This document shows, piece after piece, positions 1 to 9,861 of a stretch of DNA of 64,000 nucleotides. The stretch spans positions 40,885-104,884 of the IMG/VR virus record IMGVR_UViG_2816332575_000002; one strand, written 5' to 3'. The stretch comes from a virus (lineage: Duplodnaviria > Caudoviricetes). Numbering within the stretch: position 1 is the first letter of the stretch; the number at the start of each line of letters is the position of its first letter. The notes under the pieces are model-generated. The model saw only the letters and a list, made by a program, of their open reading frames with translations. It had not been told where the DNA came from and searched no databases. The translations under genes were made by a program, and so were the position numbers.

Positions 1-154
1 GGGAGACCGTGGAGGGCGAGCACCCCAGGCGCCCGCCAAGGTCCTCCTGGCGCCACCCCCGGGCGGTGCGTCCGATCTTGACGAGCCCGCCGGCGTGCCG
101 GGCGGCGACGAGGGAGCGGACCTTGTCGGAGCACCACAGGGTGTCACCGGACAT
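1..154 (-). CDS. XRE-family HTH regulator, N-terminus (runs off the window)
   Basis: Not in the ORF track. ATG at 154 with GGAGG RBS; translates MSGDTLWCSDKVRSLVAARHAGGLVKIGRTARGWRQEDLGGRLGCSPSTVS, an XRE HTH pattern. Confidence 0.8.
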   Translation of the reverse strand, partial: MSGDTLWCSDKVRSLVAARHAGGLVKIGRTARGWRQEDLGGRLGCSPSTVS

Positions 155-346
155 AGCGCCTCCCGTACGCCAGGGGCCGGGGCCCGTTCCACGGTAGTGA
201 CTTTCCGTGTGCGCGTCGATGCCGTGTGCAGCATCTGCAAACGGCGTGCACAGCGCGCAAGTTGACCTCCGGCCCGGCCCGCCCGGTGGTGTCGTGGTCG
301 TACGGCCCACGGCGGGCCGGACAGTCGCAGCACGCGGGAGGACACG

Positions 347-793
347 ATGGTGACAGCGATCGAGACCAAGACGCAGGTCCGCGATCCGCGGGACTACGTG
401 ACGCGCGAGGTGTGGGACCGGGAGATCCAGCTGCTGATGCGGGATCACCCGGTGGACGAGGTGATGGCCAACCGGCTGTTCGGGGCCGCGGTCTCGTACC
501 TGATCACCGCGATGGAGAAGTGGGGCCAGCACCTGGAGCTGTGCTGCGGCCGCCTCGTCGACCTGGCGGTCCACGTGTTCATCCTGGACACGAAGAACTA
601 CCGCGAGTTCTGCCACCGGCACTTCGGCGGCCGGTTCCTGGAACACATCCCGGAGATTGCGTTCAAGTACGACGGCAGTGTGGAGCGCACCGCCAAGGTG
701 ATCGCCGCCGCGGGCTTCGAGGTGGACTGGAAGCTGTGGGAGCGCGACTACGCGGCGTGCGGCCCGTGCCGCCCTGGGGAGGAGTGCCACTGA
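347..793 (+). CDS. Glycine-rich-domain (GRDP/DUF1399-like) hypothetical protein with Cys-rich C-terminus
   Basis: GGAGG RBS; VDxAxHxFILDTxxYxEFC..GxFLEHxP pattern; ends CGPCRPGEECH. Confidence 0.7.
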   Translation: MVTAIETKTQVRDPRDYVTREVWDREIQLLMRDHPVDEVMANRLFGAAVSYLITAMEKWGQHLELCCGRLVDLAVHVFILDTKNYREFCHRHFGGRFLEHIPEIAFKYDGSVERTAKVIAAAGFEVDWKLWERDYAACGPCRPGEECH

Positions 794-935
794 CCGCCTG
801 CACACCCTCGGCCCCGGGAGCGCTTGACGGTGTTCCTGGGGCCGAGGGCTGCTCGGGTGACTTCGCGGCAAACCGCCGCAGACGGCCGGGCGGGCCGGTA
901 CGGTGCCAGGTCCCGCCGTCCTCCCGAGGAGACGT

Positions 936-1604
936 ATGCCCCGCGCGCCACAGACCCCGGCCGAATACTGGGACAAGTACAAGCCGCACCGGGGCGCCGG
1001 CCCGCAGCCTCGGCCCGAGACCGGCCGGTTCGAGTGGACCCAGTACCTTGGCCACGGCCCCGGGGCCGAACTCCTCGGCTCCCCCCACCGTGCCCTGGAC
1101 CTCGGGGCGGCCGAGGGCAAGGAGGCCGCGCACCTTGCCGAGCGCGGCGTCCGGGTGACCGGCGTGGACCTCTCCGCCGTCCAGGTCACCCGCGCCCGCG
1201 CCTGGTGGCACGACATCGCGAACCTGGACTTCGTCCACGCCGAGGTGTGCGCCTACCTCTCCGACACCGAGGAGACATACGACGCGATCTACTCGGTGTG
1301 GGGCGCGGTCTGGTTCACCGACCCCGAGCAGCTCCTCCCACTCATCGCCGCCCGCCTGGCCCCGGGCGGCACGTTCGTGTTCTCCCAGGCCGAGCCGTCA
1401 CCAGACGCCTACGGTCCGCAGGCCATGCGGGGCAAGTGGCTGGAAGGCCGCGAGCGCGAGCTGACCGTACCGCGGTGGCAGTACCCGCCCGAGACCTGGG
1501 CCGACCACCTCAAGCGAGCTGGCTTCGCCCACGTGAACGCGCGCGTCCTGCCAGCACCGAACGACGAACGGTTGGGCACGCTGCTGGTCGTCTCTCACCG
1601 TTAA
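936..1604 (+). CDS. Class I SAM-dependent methyltransferase
   Basis: ALDLGAAEG motif I, VTGVDLS, YDAIYS, LAPGG; RBS before ATG 936. Confidence 0.85.
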   Translation: MPRAPQTPAEYWDKYKPHRGAGPQPRPETGRFEWTQYLGHGPGAELLGSPHRALDLGAAEGKEAAHLAERGVRVTGVDLSAVQVTRARAWWHDIANLDFVHAEVCAYLSDTEETYDAIYSVWGAVWFTDPEQLLPLIAARLAPGGTFVFSQAEPSPDAYGPQAMRGKWLEGRERELTVPRWQYPPETWADHLKRAGFAHVNARVLPAPNDERLGTLLVVSHR

Positions 1605-1667
1605 CTCGGCGGCAAGTCCTGTAGGAGTGCGGGGCTAATGCCAACGGTCCTCATCGCGAGGATCGGA

Positions 1668-2507
1668 CTATGCCTTCTTTTTGAGGTGGGCGAGAACAGA
1701 ATCGGGCGACTGATCATGTTGGTCCTTGTCCTGTTCCCAGAGGTGCATGACCGACGCTGCGGCTTCTGCGAAGTCCGTGGGCAACCCTGCCTCGCGCAGC
1801 GACTCGGCGACCTCTTTCATCTCGGGCCCCCAGCGCCAGGCACGCGCGGCGACGCTGGGCAGGTAGTCCCGGCCCGAGAGGATGTCGGTCGGCATGATCC
1901 GTGCCTCGGCGGTAAGAAGGTCGCCGACCCCGTGTTCCTCAGCGAGTGCGTGAGCGACTCCGGCCAAGGTGCGGGCCGCCTTCTGGAAGCTGGCGAAACT
2001 CATCTTCAGCGCCGAGGCACTGCCGAGTGGGCCGCTCGTGGTCTTCGTGTGAACGGCAGTTCTCTCGAACAGCGACTCGGCCAGGTCGATCGCCGGCTGC
2101 GGTCCGGCCAGGTAGAGGCGCGCTGTCCGGCCCTCACTGTTGGGCGGCGGGCCGATGATCGCACCGTCCAGCACCGTGCAGGTTGCGGGGAGAGCCTGGG
2201 CGATCTGCATCATGCGTTGCGGGCTGATCGCGTTGGCGTCCAGGTACACGCCGGAGTACGCGTGCTTCGCCGCCGCGGCGGCGACCTCGTCGGCGACTTG
2301 CGGAGGGCACACCGAGAGCACCATCTCGCTCGCGGCCAGAGCGTCACCGAGGGAAGACGCGAGGGTGAGGCCGGCTGCCTCGGCGCGTTGGCGTGAACGC
2401 TCGCTTCGGCCATGCGGTACCCAGAGCACCCGGTGGCCGGCTCCTACGGCTTGGGCCGCCAGGGCGCTGCCCATGGAACCGGGACTGAGCAGGGTGATGG
2501 TGAGCAC
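1668..2507 (-). CDS. NAD(P)-dependent oxidoreductase, 6PGD/3-hydroxyisobutyrate dehydrogenase-like (DUF1932-type C-terminus)
   Basis: SPGSMG Rossmann motif, DANAISP, DGAIIGPPP, ASALKM, AWRWGPEM. Confidence 0.85.
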   Translation of the reverse strand: MLTITLLSPGSMGSALAAQAVGAGHRVLWVPHGRSERSRQRAEAAGLTLASSLGDALAASEMVLSVCPPQVADEVAAAAAKHAYSGVYLDANAISPQRMMQIAQALPATCTVLDGAIIGPPPNSEGRTARLYLAGPQPAIDLAESLFERTAVHTKTTSGPLGSASALKMSFASFQKAARTLAGVAHALAEEHGVGDLLTAEARIMPTDILSGRDYLPSVAARAWRWGPEMKEVAESLREAGLPTDFAEAAASVMHLWEQDKDQHDQSPDSVLAHLKKKA

Positions 2508-3883
2508 TATTTGCCTCCGGAGGGGAGTTCGAGCCTCAGTCGCTCTTGGTGGGCGCTGACCGCCTCCTGGAGGCTGATAGCCACCGGTGACGTGGAGCTG
2601 GGGTGTCGGTCAAGAATTCTCGTGAAGTGCTCCAGGCGTTTCCGGACGCTGTCCGTACCTCGGCGGGCGCTGACCTGGAGCACGGCGTGCACCTGGGGAG
2701 CGGCCCCGTCGAGGTCGCCACGGCCAAGCCGTGCCACGGCCAGGTCCATGCGAGCGAGGGCCATCTCGCCGAGGCGCCGTTGGCCGGGGGGCACGGATTC
2801 GAACCTGTTCACGGCCTCGTCCGCAGCAGCTTCAGCGTCGCTCAGGTGTTCACTGCCGCCGAGCCAGAGGTGGGTCGTGCTCGTGTAGAACATTTGCTTT
2901 TCGATGGGGAACGCCATCATTCCGCCCGGCAGGTCATCAGCTGCTGTGAGCTGGTCCCGTAGGCGTTCGGCTTCGCGGAGCGAGGCGAGAGCATCGGCGG
3001 GCTGGTTGAGCTGGCCGTACGCGCGGGCTTTGATGCTGTGGAGGCGAATGAGGGAAGTGCCCTGTTCAGGGACGAATTCGGCGCCGCCCTCGGCCAGCCG
3101 GACCGCGTCCATGGGCCGCCCGTCCCAGTAGGCGATCAGCGCTTGCAGGCCCCGGACCCAGACCCGCAGACCGTTGTGCCGGGCCAGCTCGCCGCACATG
3201 AAGGCGGTACGCGCCTGCGTTTCTGCCGCCGGAAATTTGCCCAGGTCGAAGCTGGCATTCGCCAGTACACCGCACAGCACGCCGGCCGCAACGTACAAGT
3301 CGTGCGTCATGCCTGGTGGCTGCCGCCCCTCCAGCAGCTCGAAGGCTCGGTCTCGGAGCGCTCGAACTTCGTGGAAGACCGGCCATACGGGCCGGTTCGG
3401 GTAAGTCGTCACTATCCGGCGGATGTCGGCCTCCAACTGTTCCATCGTCGTGGGACCGCAGTTGCTGCTCTCCGCCCACGCCGCGAAGTCGGCTGATTCG
3501 CTCGCCGCTGCCATCACCACGTCCTCAGATAGGTCCCCATTCCCGCCGTTCGCCTGCGGTTCCCATTCTGGCGAGCTGGTGCCGATGGGAGCGGTCGGGG
3601 GGGTGCTCGGTGCAGGAGCGAAGAGGGTTTGAACCGAGGAAGGGCAGAACATCGCCTCCAAGATGCGGCGAGCCTCGTTGCGGGGAAGCCCCTTCATCTC
3701 GCCGTGAGCCCATCGCAGGAACTGCCGCTTCTCGATCGTCGCCGTTGCCAGCCCAGCAGGCCCTTCCGTGTCGGCGAGCTGCTGCGCTGTGGCCCGGTAG
3801 CGGTCACGGAACACCTCGTACTTCGTCCACTTGCGGTGCTGGATGAGCAACTGAAACAGGGTGATTGGACTCATCGGTGCCAC
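2507..3883 (-). CDS. Large actinomycete XRE-like regulator with TPR-like helical C-terminus
   Basis: N-terminal RQFLRWxxG..P..RILE HTH-like segment followed by helical repeats. Confidence 0.7.
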   Translation of the reverse strand: MAPMSPITLFQLLIQHRKWTKYEVFRDRYRATAQQLADTEGPAGLATATIEKRQFLRWAHGEMKGLPRNEARRILEAMFCPSSVQTLFAPAPSTPPTAPIGTSSPEWEPQANGGNGDLSEDVVMAAASESADFAAWAESSNCGPTTMEQLEADIRRIVTTYPNRPVWPVFHEVRALRDRAFELLEGRQPPGMTHDLYVAAGVLCGVLANASFDLGKFPAAETQARTAFMCGELARHNGLRVWVRGLQALIAYWDGRPMDAVRLAEGGAEFVPEQGTSLIRLHSIKARAYGQLNQPADALASLREAERLRDQLTAADDLPGGMMAFPIEKQMFYTSTTHLWLGGSEHLSDAEAAADEAVNRFESVPPGQRRLGEMALARMDLAVARLGRGDLDGAAPQVHAVLQVSARRGTDSVRKRLEHFTRILDRHPSSTSPVAISLQEAVSAHQERLRLELPSGGK

Positions 3884-3958
3884 GACTCCCTTTGGTCCTC
3901 GTCTGCGGTGCCACCCACGCTAAGGCGCTAACGCGGCGTGCGAACAGCGTTGTTGGCG

Positions 3959-4042
3959 CCAGTGCCCTAACAAGGGAAGAGAAGACATCAACAAGACATC
4001 ACAAGGCAGTAGAAGACATCGTTAGGGCACTGGTTAAGACAC
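3959..4042. promoter_or_regulatory. Operator-like region of the divergent promoter
   Basis: Perfect 13-bp inverted repeat CCAGTGCCCTAAC (3959-3971)/GTTAGGGCACTGG (4021-4033) enclosing AAGACATC direct repeats at 3982, 3993 and 4013. Confidence 0.6.
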
Positions 4043-4151
4043 ATCTGCCCGTCCAAACTGCGGCCTCAGCGCCACCGGAAACTGTCGGCGCGTCGCTTCC
4101 TCCACCCACCCGCTGCCGTGGCTGACACCGTCAGATTCTGGAGACCAGCAG

Positions 4152-4670
4152 ATGACCAGCGCCCACAGAGACCAGCAACCGTCCAGCCTCCTGCCGCTTA
4201 CGGTGGCCGAGCGGGGCCTGTACACCCCCTGCACCAGGCTGCTCGTACGGCCGCTGTCCGGGGATGGCAAGGGACTGTCCCTGGACGAGCTCAGGGTGTG
4301 TGGCCGGGCGAGCGCGGAGGATGTCTGCCCGTACGTGCACGAGTACGGCGACGCGGCAGAACTGGTCACCTCGGAGCTGGTCACCAACGCCCTGACGCAC
4401 GGGGCCAGAGGCGACGAGCCGGTGTACGTTGAGTTCCCCTCGTCTCCGTGGTCGTGGAAAATCCGGGTGCTGGACCCGTCCCCGGAGCCGCCCCGGGAAG
4501 TCGTTGCGTACGACGACGACACGAGCGGGCGTGGCCTGTTCCTCGTGCACTTCTTCGCTGGCCAGTACGACGGTCACCTGGACGTGGAGATCACCGGTGC
4601 TGGCAAGGCCGTCACCTGCACGCTCCCCATCCCCGCACCCAACCGCGTCGCCGATGAGGTGAGCGCGTGA
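4152..4670 (+). CDS. RsbW-like HATPase_c ATP-binding protein
   Basis: LVTSELVTNALTH, VLD, SGRGLFLV, GKAV motifs. Confidence 0.85.
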   Translation: MTSAHRDQQPSSLLPLTVAERGLYTPCTRLLVRPLSGDGKGLSLDELRVCGRASAEDVCPYVHEYGDAAELVTSELVTNALTHGARGDEPVYVEFPSSPWSWKIRVLDPSPEPPREVVAYDDDTSGRGLFLVHFFAGQYDGHLDVEITGAGKAVTCTLPIPAPNRVADEVSA

Positions 4671-5203
4671 TGCTCGGCTTCACCTGGGGGCGCCCCTCAA
4701 GGGCTTCTCGCCGGGCTCGGCCCGCGGCCGAGGACCCGAACCGTACGGCGCCGCCGCCTGAGGCCCCGCCGGTGCAGGTCAGCGGGCGTGGCGTCAGCGT
4801 CGAGTGGGGCGAGCCGCTGGAGCTGCCCGATGGGGAGCGTCTGCTGACGTGGTGGGTGGGGTACGCGCAGTCGGCCTGCGGGTGGCCGGAGAGCTACCTG
4901 GACCGTGACGACGGCAAGGCGCAGCACGTGACGCACGCCGTGGACTGGCTGTACCAGTCGCTGCGTCGGCTCGACGTGTCCGGCGAGCATCCGCTGCACC
5001 TGGAGCTGGAGCACTTACGGCAGGCCCGTACCCGGCAGCAGTACGCCGAGCACCTGTCCGGCCGGCGCTCGTCCCTGACCATCAGCGTCGCCACCGGCGA
5101 CGAGTACCACGTGTTCACGGTGCGGTGCCGCGCCGTCGCCCTCCCGGCCTCCGTCCCGAGCGCTGACACGCCCGAGGCTGTGCTCGTCGGAGGTGCGGTG
5201 TGA
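4667..5203 (+). CDS. Hypothetical protein (TTA codon at 5015)
   Basis: Translationally coupled to both neighbours; GC3-biased codons. Confidence 0.65.
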   Translation: MMLGFTWGRPSRASRRARPAAEDPNRTAPPPEAPPVQVSGRGVSVEWGEPLELPDGERLLTWWVGYAQSACGWPESYLDRDDGKAQHVTHAVDWLYQSLRRLDVSGEHPLHLELEHLRQARTRQQYAEHLSGRRSSLTISVATGDEYHVFTVRCRAVALPASVPSADTPEAVLVGGAV

Positions 5204-5652
5204 GGGGGCCGGAGGCGATTCGGCGCGGGCTGTGCTGGCTGGCCTGCAAACCGTCGAGCCCGCGTCCGCTGGTGTGGGCCGGAGTCGCCCGGTCCTGGGG
5301 CCAGACCGTGTCGCTGTACTCGTGCGAGCCGTGCCTGCGGCTGTGCATCCAGCGCGCCCTGGCGGGTGTCAGCGACGAACTGTGCTGGCTGTGGTGCGGC
5401 CGGCGCGACGTGCCCACCGATCCGGTCGGCGTGTTCGAGGTCGCGGTGCGGACCTGGCGCACCGTGCCCGGCCGGCCGCCGGTTCTGGTCTCGTGCTGGG
5501 AGTACCGGGCCACCCTGTACGGCTGCGCGATGTGCACCACCCCGTTCCAGCGTTTCGTCCGCAAGGGCCCGGTGGTGGAGCAACCGCCCGACGCCCTGGG
5601 TCCTCACCGCCCCCTCATCTCCCTCTCCGCCCTCGCGGCTGACGCCGCCTGA
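5200..5652 (+). CDS. Cys-rich hypothetical protein with a tandem duplicated domain
   Basis: LCWLxC...LYxCxxC occurs twice. Confidence 0.6.
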   Translation: MRGPEAIRRGLCWLACKPSSPRPLVWAGVARSWGQTVSLYSCEPCLRLCIQRALAGVSDELCWLWCGRRDVPTDPVGVFEVAVRTWRTVPGRPPVLVSCWEYRATLYGCAMCTTPFQRFVRKGPVVEQPPDALGPHRPLISLSALAADAA

Positions 5653-5668
5653 CCTCTTGGAGATCCCT

Positions 5669-6157
5669 GTGGCTCCCCCCGCCACCTCTCTTCCCGCATC
5701 GCTGACCGTCTGTTCGGCTCTGGTCGTGAGCCGCACGCCGGACGGCACCCGGACCGCCCTGCTGGTGCGCACGCGGGACATGCCGAAGGGCCTGTACCGG
5801 CTGCCCGTCGGCCAGCCGAACCGCCACGGCATCGTCGATCATTTCGACCTGCGCGACGCCGTACGGTCCGGGACCGGACTGGGCGTCATCGTCGGCCGGG
5901 TGCTGGTCAGGGACCAGGTCTCGGGTGCCACCGGCGTCGTCCATCACTACGCGCGGCTGTGCTCGATCGACGGCGAGAACCAGACGGTCCGCCTCGGCGG
6001 CGCCCTGGCCGACTACCTGTGGGCCACCGAGGACGACTTGGTCCTGTGCGGGCCCGATCTGTCCCCGGTCGTCAAGGCGGCCCTGCGGGCCCTGAGCGAG
6101 GGCACCCGCGCCGAGCTTGCCGACGGCCAGCCTGCCGGCGCCTGCACGGGGGTGTGA
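5669..6157 (+). CDS. Degenerate Nudix-fold protein
   Basis: LLVR..YRLPVG...VRSGTGL resembles a Nudix box without the catalytic Glu residues. Confidence 0.45.
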   Translation: MAPPATSLPASLTVCSALVVSRTPDGTRTALLVRTRDMPKGLYRLPVGQPNRHGIVDHFDLRDAVRSGTGLGVIVGRVLVRDQVSGATGVVHHYARLCSIDGENQTVRLGGALADYLWATEDDLVLCGPDLSPVVKAALRALSEGTRAELADGQPAGACTGV

Positions 6158-6774
6158 CGGTGTCCGACCTCCTCACCCTCCCCCAAGCGTGCAAGGCCGA
6201 TGCCGCACCGCCACGCTACGTCGCCCGGCCCGCCGAGCGGGAAGCCGACGCGCAGAACATGATCCACCTCATCCAGGCCCACCGCGCATGGCGGGACCAG
6301 CACGGCGCCGCCGTGAACGAGCCGCCGGTGCCCGCAGTGCTGGGCCTGGTCGGCGAGATCGACCAGTTGGGGCACCCGATGTCGTGGGTGCTGTACGCGG
6401 GGGACCGGCTGCGGGCGTGCTATTTGCTGGCGGTCGACTGCGACCAGCGCAGGGTGCAGGCCGCCGACATCCACGTCAACCCCGACGCATCCCGGACGGG
6501 CGTCGGCCAGCCCGCGGCGAGGCTCGGCCTCACCCCCAGCACCCCGGTGATCGAGGTGCTGCTTACCTACTGGCTGGTGCACTACGCATTCGACGGCGGC
6601 GCGCGCGAAGCAGTCGTCACGATCGGCGACCGCAGCGAACCCTTTCCCCCCGCGCGCATCGCCTGGATGGACCAGACGGTGGACACCCGGATACCCGACG
6701 ACGCGCACCTGGCCCGCTGCTGGGACCGGCAGCCCCGCCCGCGCGCCTCGCCAGAGTTTCCCCCGCCGGGCTGA
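6154..6774 (+). CDS. Hypothetical protein, weakly GNAT-like
   Basis: Coupled GTGA start; YVARPA and IHVNPD segments. Confidence 0.45.
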   Translation: MTVSDLLTLPQACKADAAPPRYVARPAEREADAQNMIHLIQAHRAWRDQHGAAVNEPPVPAVLGLVGEIDQLGHPMSWVLYAGDRLRACYLLAVDCDQRRVQAADIHVNPDASRTGVGQPAARLGLTPSTPVIEVLLTYWLVHYAFDGGAREAVVTIGDRSEPFPPARIAWMDQTVDTRIPDDAHLARCWDRQPRPRASPEFPPPG

Positions 6775-7333
6775 GACCGCAGTCCCGGGGGAAGGCGCGG
6801 GCCCCGTGACCCGCGCCGGGTACGGCCGGCCGGGACCGGCCGTACCCACCGCCTTCCCTGCCATCGTGCCGCTCCCGCCCTTTCTCCTGCGGGGTGGAAC
6901 GGCGCGGCGGGGAAGGCGCCGTGCGGCTGCTCTTCTCCGAGCGGAGTTCCGTGAGCAGCCGGGCCGACCGAGGGGGCGGCCTGTCGGCTCGCCGGGCGTT
7001 GGGCCTCACCCGGCGAGCCGCCACGGTGCCCCCGCACGCCATGCCCGTACAAGCCCTCCCGGCGGGGCGCTGGTTACCGAGTTGTCCAGCGCCCCGCCGG
7101 GAGATGCGGTGCCACGGCACCGCAACCGCGCGGCTCCTCCAGGGGCTGGTCCCCCTTGGAAGTCGGAGCCAGCCCGCACTCCAGCGGCCAGCAAAAGGGG
7201 CGGGTGCGCGGGGCCGCCGGGCCCGTCCCGTGGAGCCCGGCGGCCACACAATCCACTCCGGCCGTGGAGACAGCGGGTCCTGCGGCCGGAGTGCACGACC
7301 GATCCACGTCCGAAGTCCAACGCAGGCAGAGAG

Positions 7334-8023
7334 ATGCTCACCAACACCACCGCCTCACCCCGTCTTCCTGGACACCGCGTGCACCAGGAGCCACGAGAGA
7401 AATCCGTCGTCCCGTACATCGCGCTGCGCGTCGGTGAAAGCCCGGTCGCCAAGCAATTGGACCTGGAACTGCGCGGCGGCCCCGGCACGTGGGGGCTGGC
7501 CTACGCCGATGAGGTCCCCGACGACCGCGACAGCCACGATGTCCTGTGGCAGCGCTATCACGAGACCCGCGACTGTGCGGGCAGGGTGACCGGCGCCCCG
7601 GTGGCCGGACGAGTGCACCCCGGCCGGCTCCGGGAGACGGTGAGCCGCCTTACCTGCCCGGTTTGCAACCACCCCGCCGACAAGACCGACGACGGTTACC
7701 TCTTCCTGGTGCCGCGCGCCAAGAGCCGCATCGAAGCACCGCTGACCACGTGGCCCCCGGTGTGCCGGGAACACGCCACCGTCCACGCCCGCGACCGCCC
7801 CGACCTGCGGGACGGGTACACCGCGATTCGGTCGGCCGACCCCACTCTGCACGGCGTGCGTGGACGCCAGTACCGCCGCGCCGGCACCGCCTTCGAGGTC
7901 GCCAGGCGCGATGCCCGCATGCCCTACGGGCACGCCCAACAGCGCTGGATCGTCGCTTATCGGCTCGTCCGCAGGCTGACACACCCGACCGTCGCGATCG
8001 AGGCCGCCGACGCCGCCCGGTGA
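7334..8023 (+). CDS. Conserved actinomycete hypothetical protein (CxxC), paralogue of 9862-10533
   Basis: VVPYI..LAYADE..DRD..VLWQR..VHPGR..LTCPVC..PADKT..GYLFL..PPVCxxH. Confidence 0.65.
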   Translation: MLTNTTASPRLPGHRVHQEPREKSVVPYIALRVGESPVAKQLDLELRGGPGTWGLAYADEVPDDRDSHDVLWQRYHETRDCAGRVTGAPVAGRVHPGRLRETVSRLTCPVCNHPADKTDDGYLFLVPRAKSRIEAPLTTWPPVCREHATVHARDRPDLRDGYTAIRSADPTLHGVRGRQYRRAGTAFEVARRDARMPYGHAQQRWIVAYRLVRRLTHPTVAIEAADAAR

Positions 8024-8083
8024 CCCGCGCCGCACGGCAGCGGCCTCACCGCCCTTCCGACCACAGCCTCCAAGGAGTGCTTC

Positions 8084-8512
8084 GTGCCCCTTCGCACCCG
8101 GTATGACCAGTTGACGGCCACTGAGGCCCGGTGTCTGACCTACCTCGCCGACGGTCTGAGCACGACCGACACGGCCGACAAGATGGGCACCAAGCCCCAA
8201 ACGGTCCAAAGTCACCTGCGGCGCATTCGCATCAAGTTGGGGGACGGTCCGCGCGCGTTCGTGCTGCATCGCGCCTACGTCAAACGCCAACTCCCGCTTC
8301 CTTTGGCCGCCAAGGCGCCGGTCCGCTTCACCCACGAAGACCTGCGGATATGGAACCTGGTCGCCACCGGCAAGGTCCCTGCGGGGGCAGCCGGGACCAC
8401 CACCCGGACCGCCATCAAAGCGCTCATGCAGAAGGCGGGAGCCGAGACCGAAACGCACCTGATCCAGCTCGGCCACACCTACCGGCTGCTGACCGGGCCC
8501 GAAGAGACCTGA
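8084..8512 (+). CDS. LuxR-type HTH protein
   Basis: LTxxExxCLxxLADGLSTxxxAxKMGxxxxTVQSHLxRIxxKLG, plus a degenerate second copy; AAGGAG RBS. Confidence 0.8.
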   Translation: MPLRTRYDQLTATEARCLTYLADGLSTTDTADKMGTKPQTVQSHLRRIRIKLGDGPRAFVLHRAYVKRQLPLPLAAKAPVRFTHEDLRIWNLVATGKVPAGAAGTTTRTAIKALMQKAGAETETHLIQLGHTYRLLTGPEET

Positions 8513-8848
8513 GCCACCGGACACGTATCCAGCCCTGACCAGGCCGAGAGGCCCATGAGCAACACGCCAACCGCGCGGGCCCCGCCAGCCATCCCGCTCA
8601 CACCGGCCACCGTCGACCCTCCCGTCCCGTAGAGAGAACCGGTTGACCAACCACTTCCTGCCACCGGCGCCAGCGGCCCACCGGTCGCTGCCCCGCCAGC
8701 CCGGCACCTACTACTGCGGGGACACCCACATACGCATCGACGGAACCACGGCATTCACCGTGCCCGTGCGCCTGTCCGTCCCCCCGCCTGGCCAAAAAGA
8801 CCGCGTGCCGGCCCCCGGCACCTCCCCGCTGCCACCGGAGCACACCCC

Positions 8849-9727
8849 ATGACCACGCCCGAGACCCCCGAGACCCCGATCTGCGAAGTACGGCAGGAAG
8901 CCGGCCGCGAGCACGACGCGCTCGGCGCCCGGATCGCGGCCCTCGCCGAAACCGCCGCTCCCGTTGTGGAAGCCGTCACCGGCCTTCCGCTGCCCGTCCG
9001 GCCGTTGCTCCGCCTCGTGACTGTCGAGGCCCTGATCGCCACCCGCCGGGAGCACACCGACGCGATGATGCACCGCCTGCGCGGTGAGGGCTACGGCCAG
9101 CAGTTGGTCGACGAGGCGGAGTTCGCCAGGGCGCGCGAGCGCTTCGACAACGGCGAGCGGGGCCTCGCCGCGAACTGGAAGAACATCCAGGCGATCAGCT
9201 ACGAGGACGCCCGGATGCGCCCGCAGATCCTCATCATCGCGCGCTCCGTCGTCCACCATGGCCACGACGACGACCAGCTCCTGCGCACGATCGCCCACGA
9301 GCTGACCCACCTCGCCCAACACCGGGCCACCGGCGGACGTGCGCTCGATTTCGTCATGTCGCCCTACGGCTACGGCATGCGAATGCCCGGTACCAAGGAA
9401 CTCGCCCACTGCGCGGCGCGGTTCCTGATCGAAGGCCACGCATCCTGGGCCGACCACCAGGTGACCACCCAACTCATCGGCCAGCCTCTGGGCTGGCACA
9501 CCGACCCCACCACCGACGAGCAGCGCGCGACCAAGCGGCTCTACGACGACGGCTGCGCGTTCGTCGCAACCGCCATCGACCAGGTCGGCCTGGAGTCCTT
9601 CAACGCCACATGGCGCCATCTGCGCACCTCCTGCCCGGTCGAGACCGAGGTGGACGATGTCACCGGCTGGCTGCGCCGCAACTACATCCCCACCCCGACC
9701 ATGGCCGCCAGCCCACCCCGTGAGTAA
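8849..9727 (+). CDS. Zinc-dependent metalloprotease (zincin)
   Basis: AHELTHLAQ, IEGHA, YDDGCAFV. Confidence 0.75.
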   Translation: MTTPETPETPICEVRQEAGREHDALGARIAALAETAAPVVEAVTGLPLPVRPLLRLVTVEALIATRREHTDAMMHRLRGEGYGQQLVDEAEFARARERFDNGERGLAANWKNIQAISYEDARMRPQILIIARSVVHHGHDDDQLLRTIAHELTHLAQHRATGGRALDFVMSPYGYGMRMPGTKELAHCAARFLIEGHASWADHQVTTQLIGQPLGWHTDPTTDEQRATKRLYDDGCAFVATAIDQVGLESFNATWRHLRTSCPVETEVDDVTGWLRRNYIPTPTMAASPPRE

Positions 9728-9861
9728 CCGAGCCCGGTGACCTGCGCCCCGCCCCCACACCGGGCGCAGGCCGCCGACCGCACGGACTGCCCCACTCACC
9801 GGTGCCCGGCGGCCACGCCTCCCCGCACACCGCCGGGCACCTCCACCCCGGGAAGCACCTC

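Noticed and set aside
6775-7333. N-terminal extension of ORF 6806-8023 or a separate gene
   Set aside because: Low-complexity Arg/Pro translation; similarity to the 9862 paralogue begins only after ATG 7334.
8513-8848. Small ORFs (8555 and 8643-8852)
   Set aside because: Weak starts and no motifs; not supportable.
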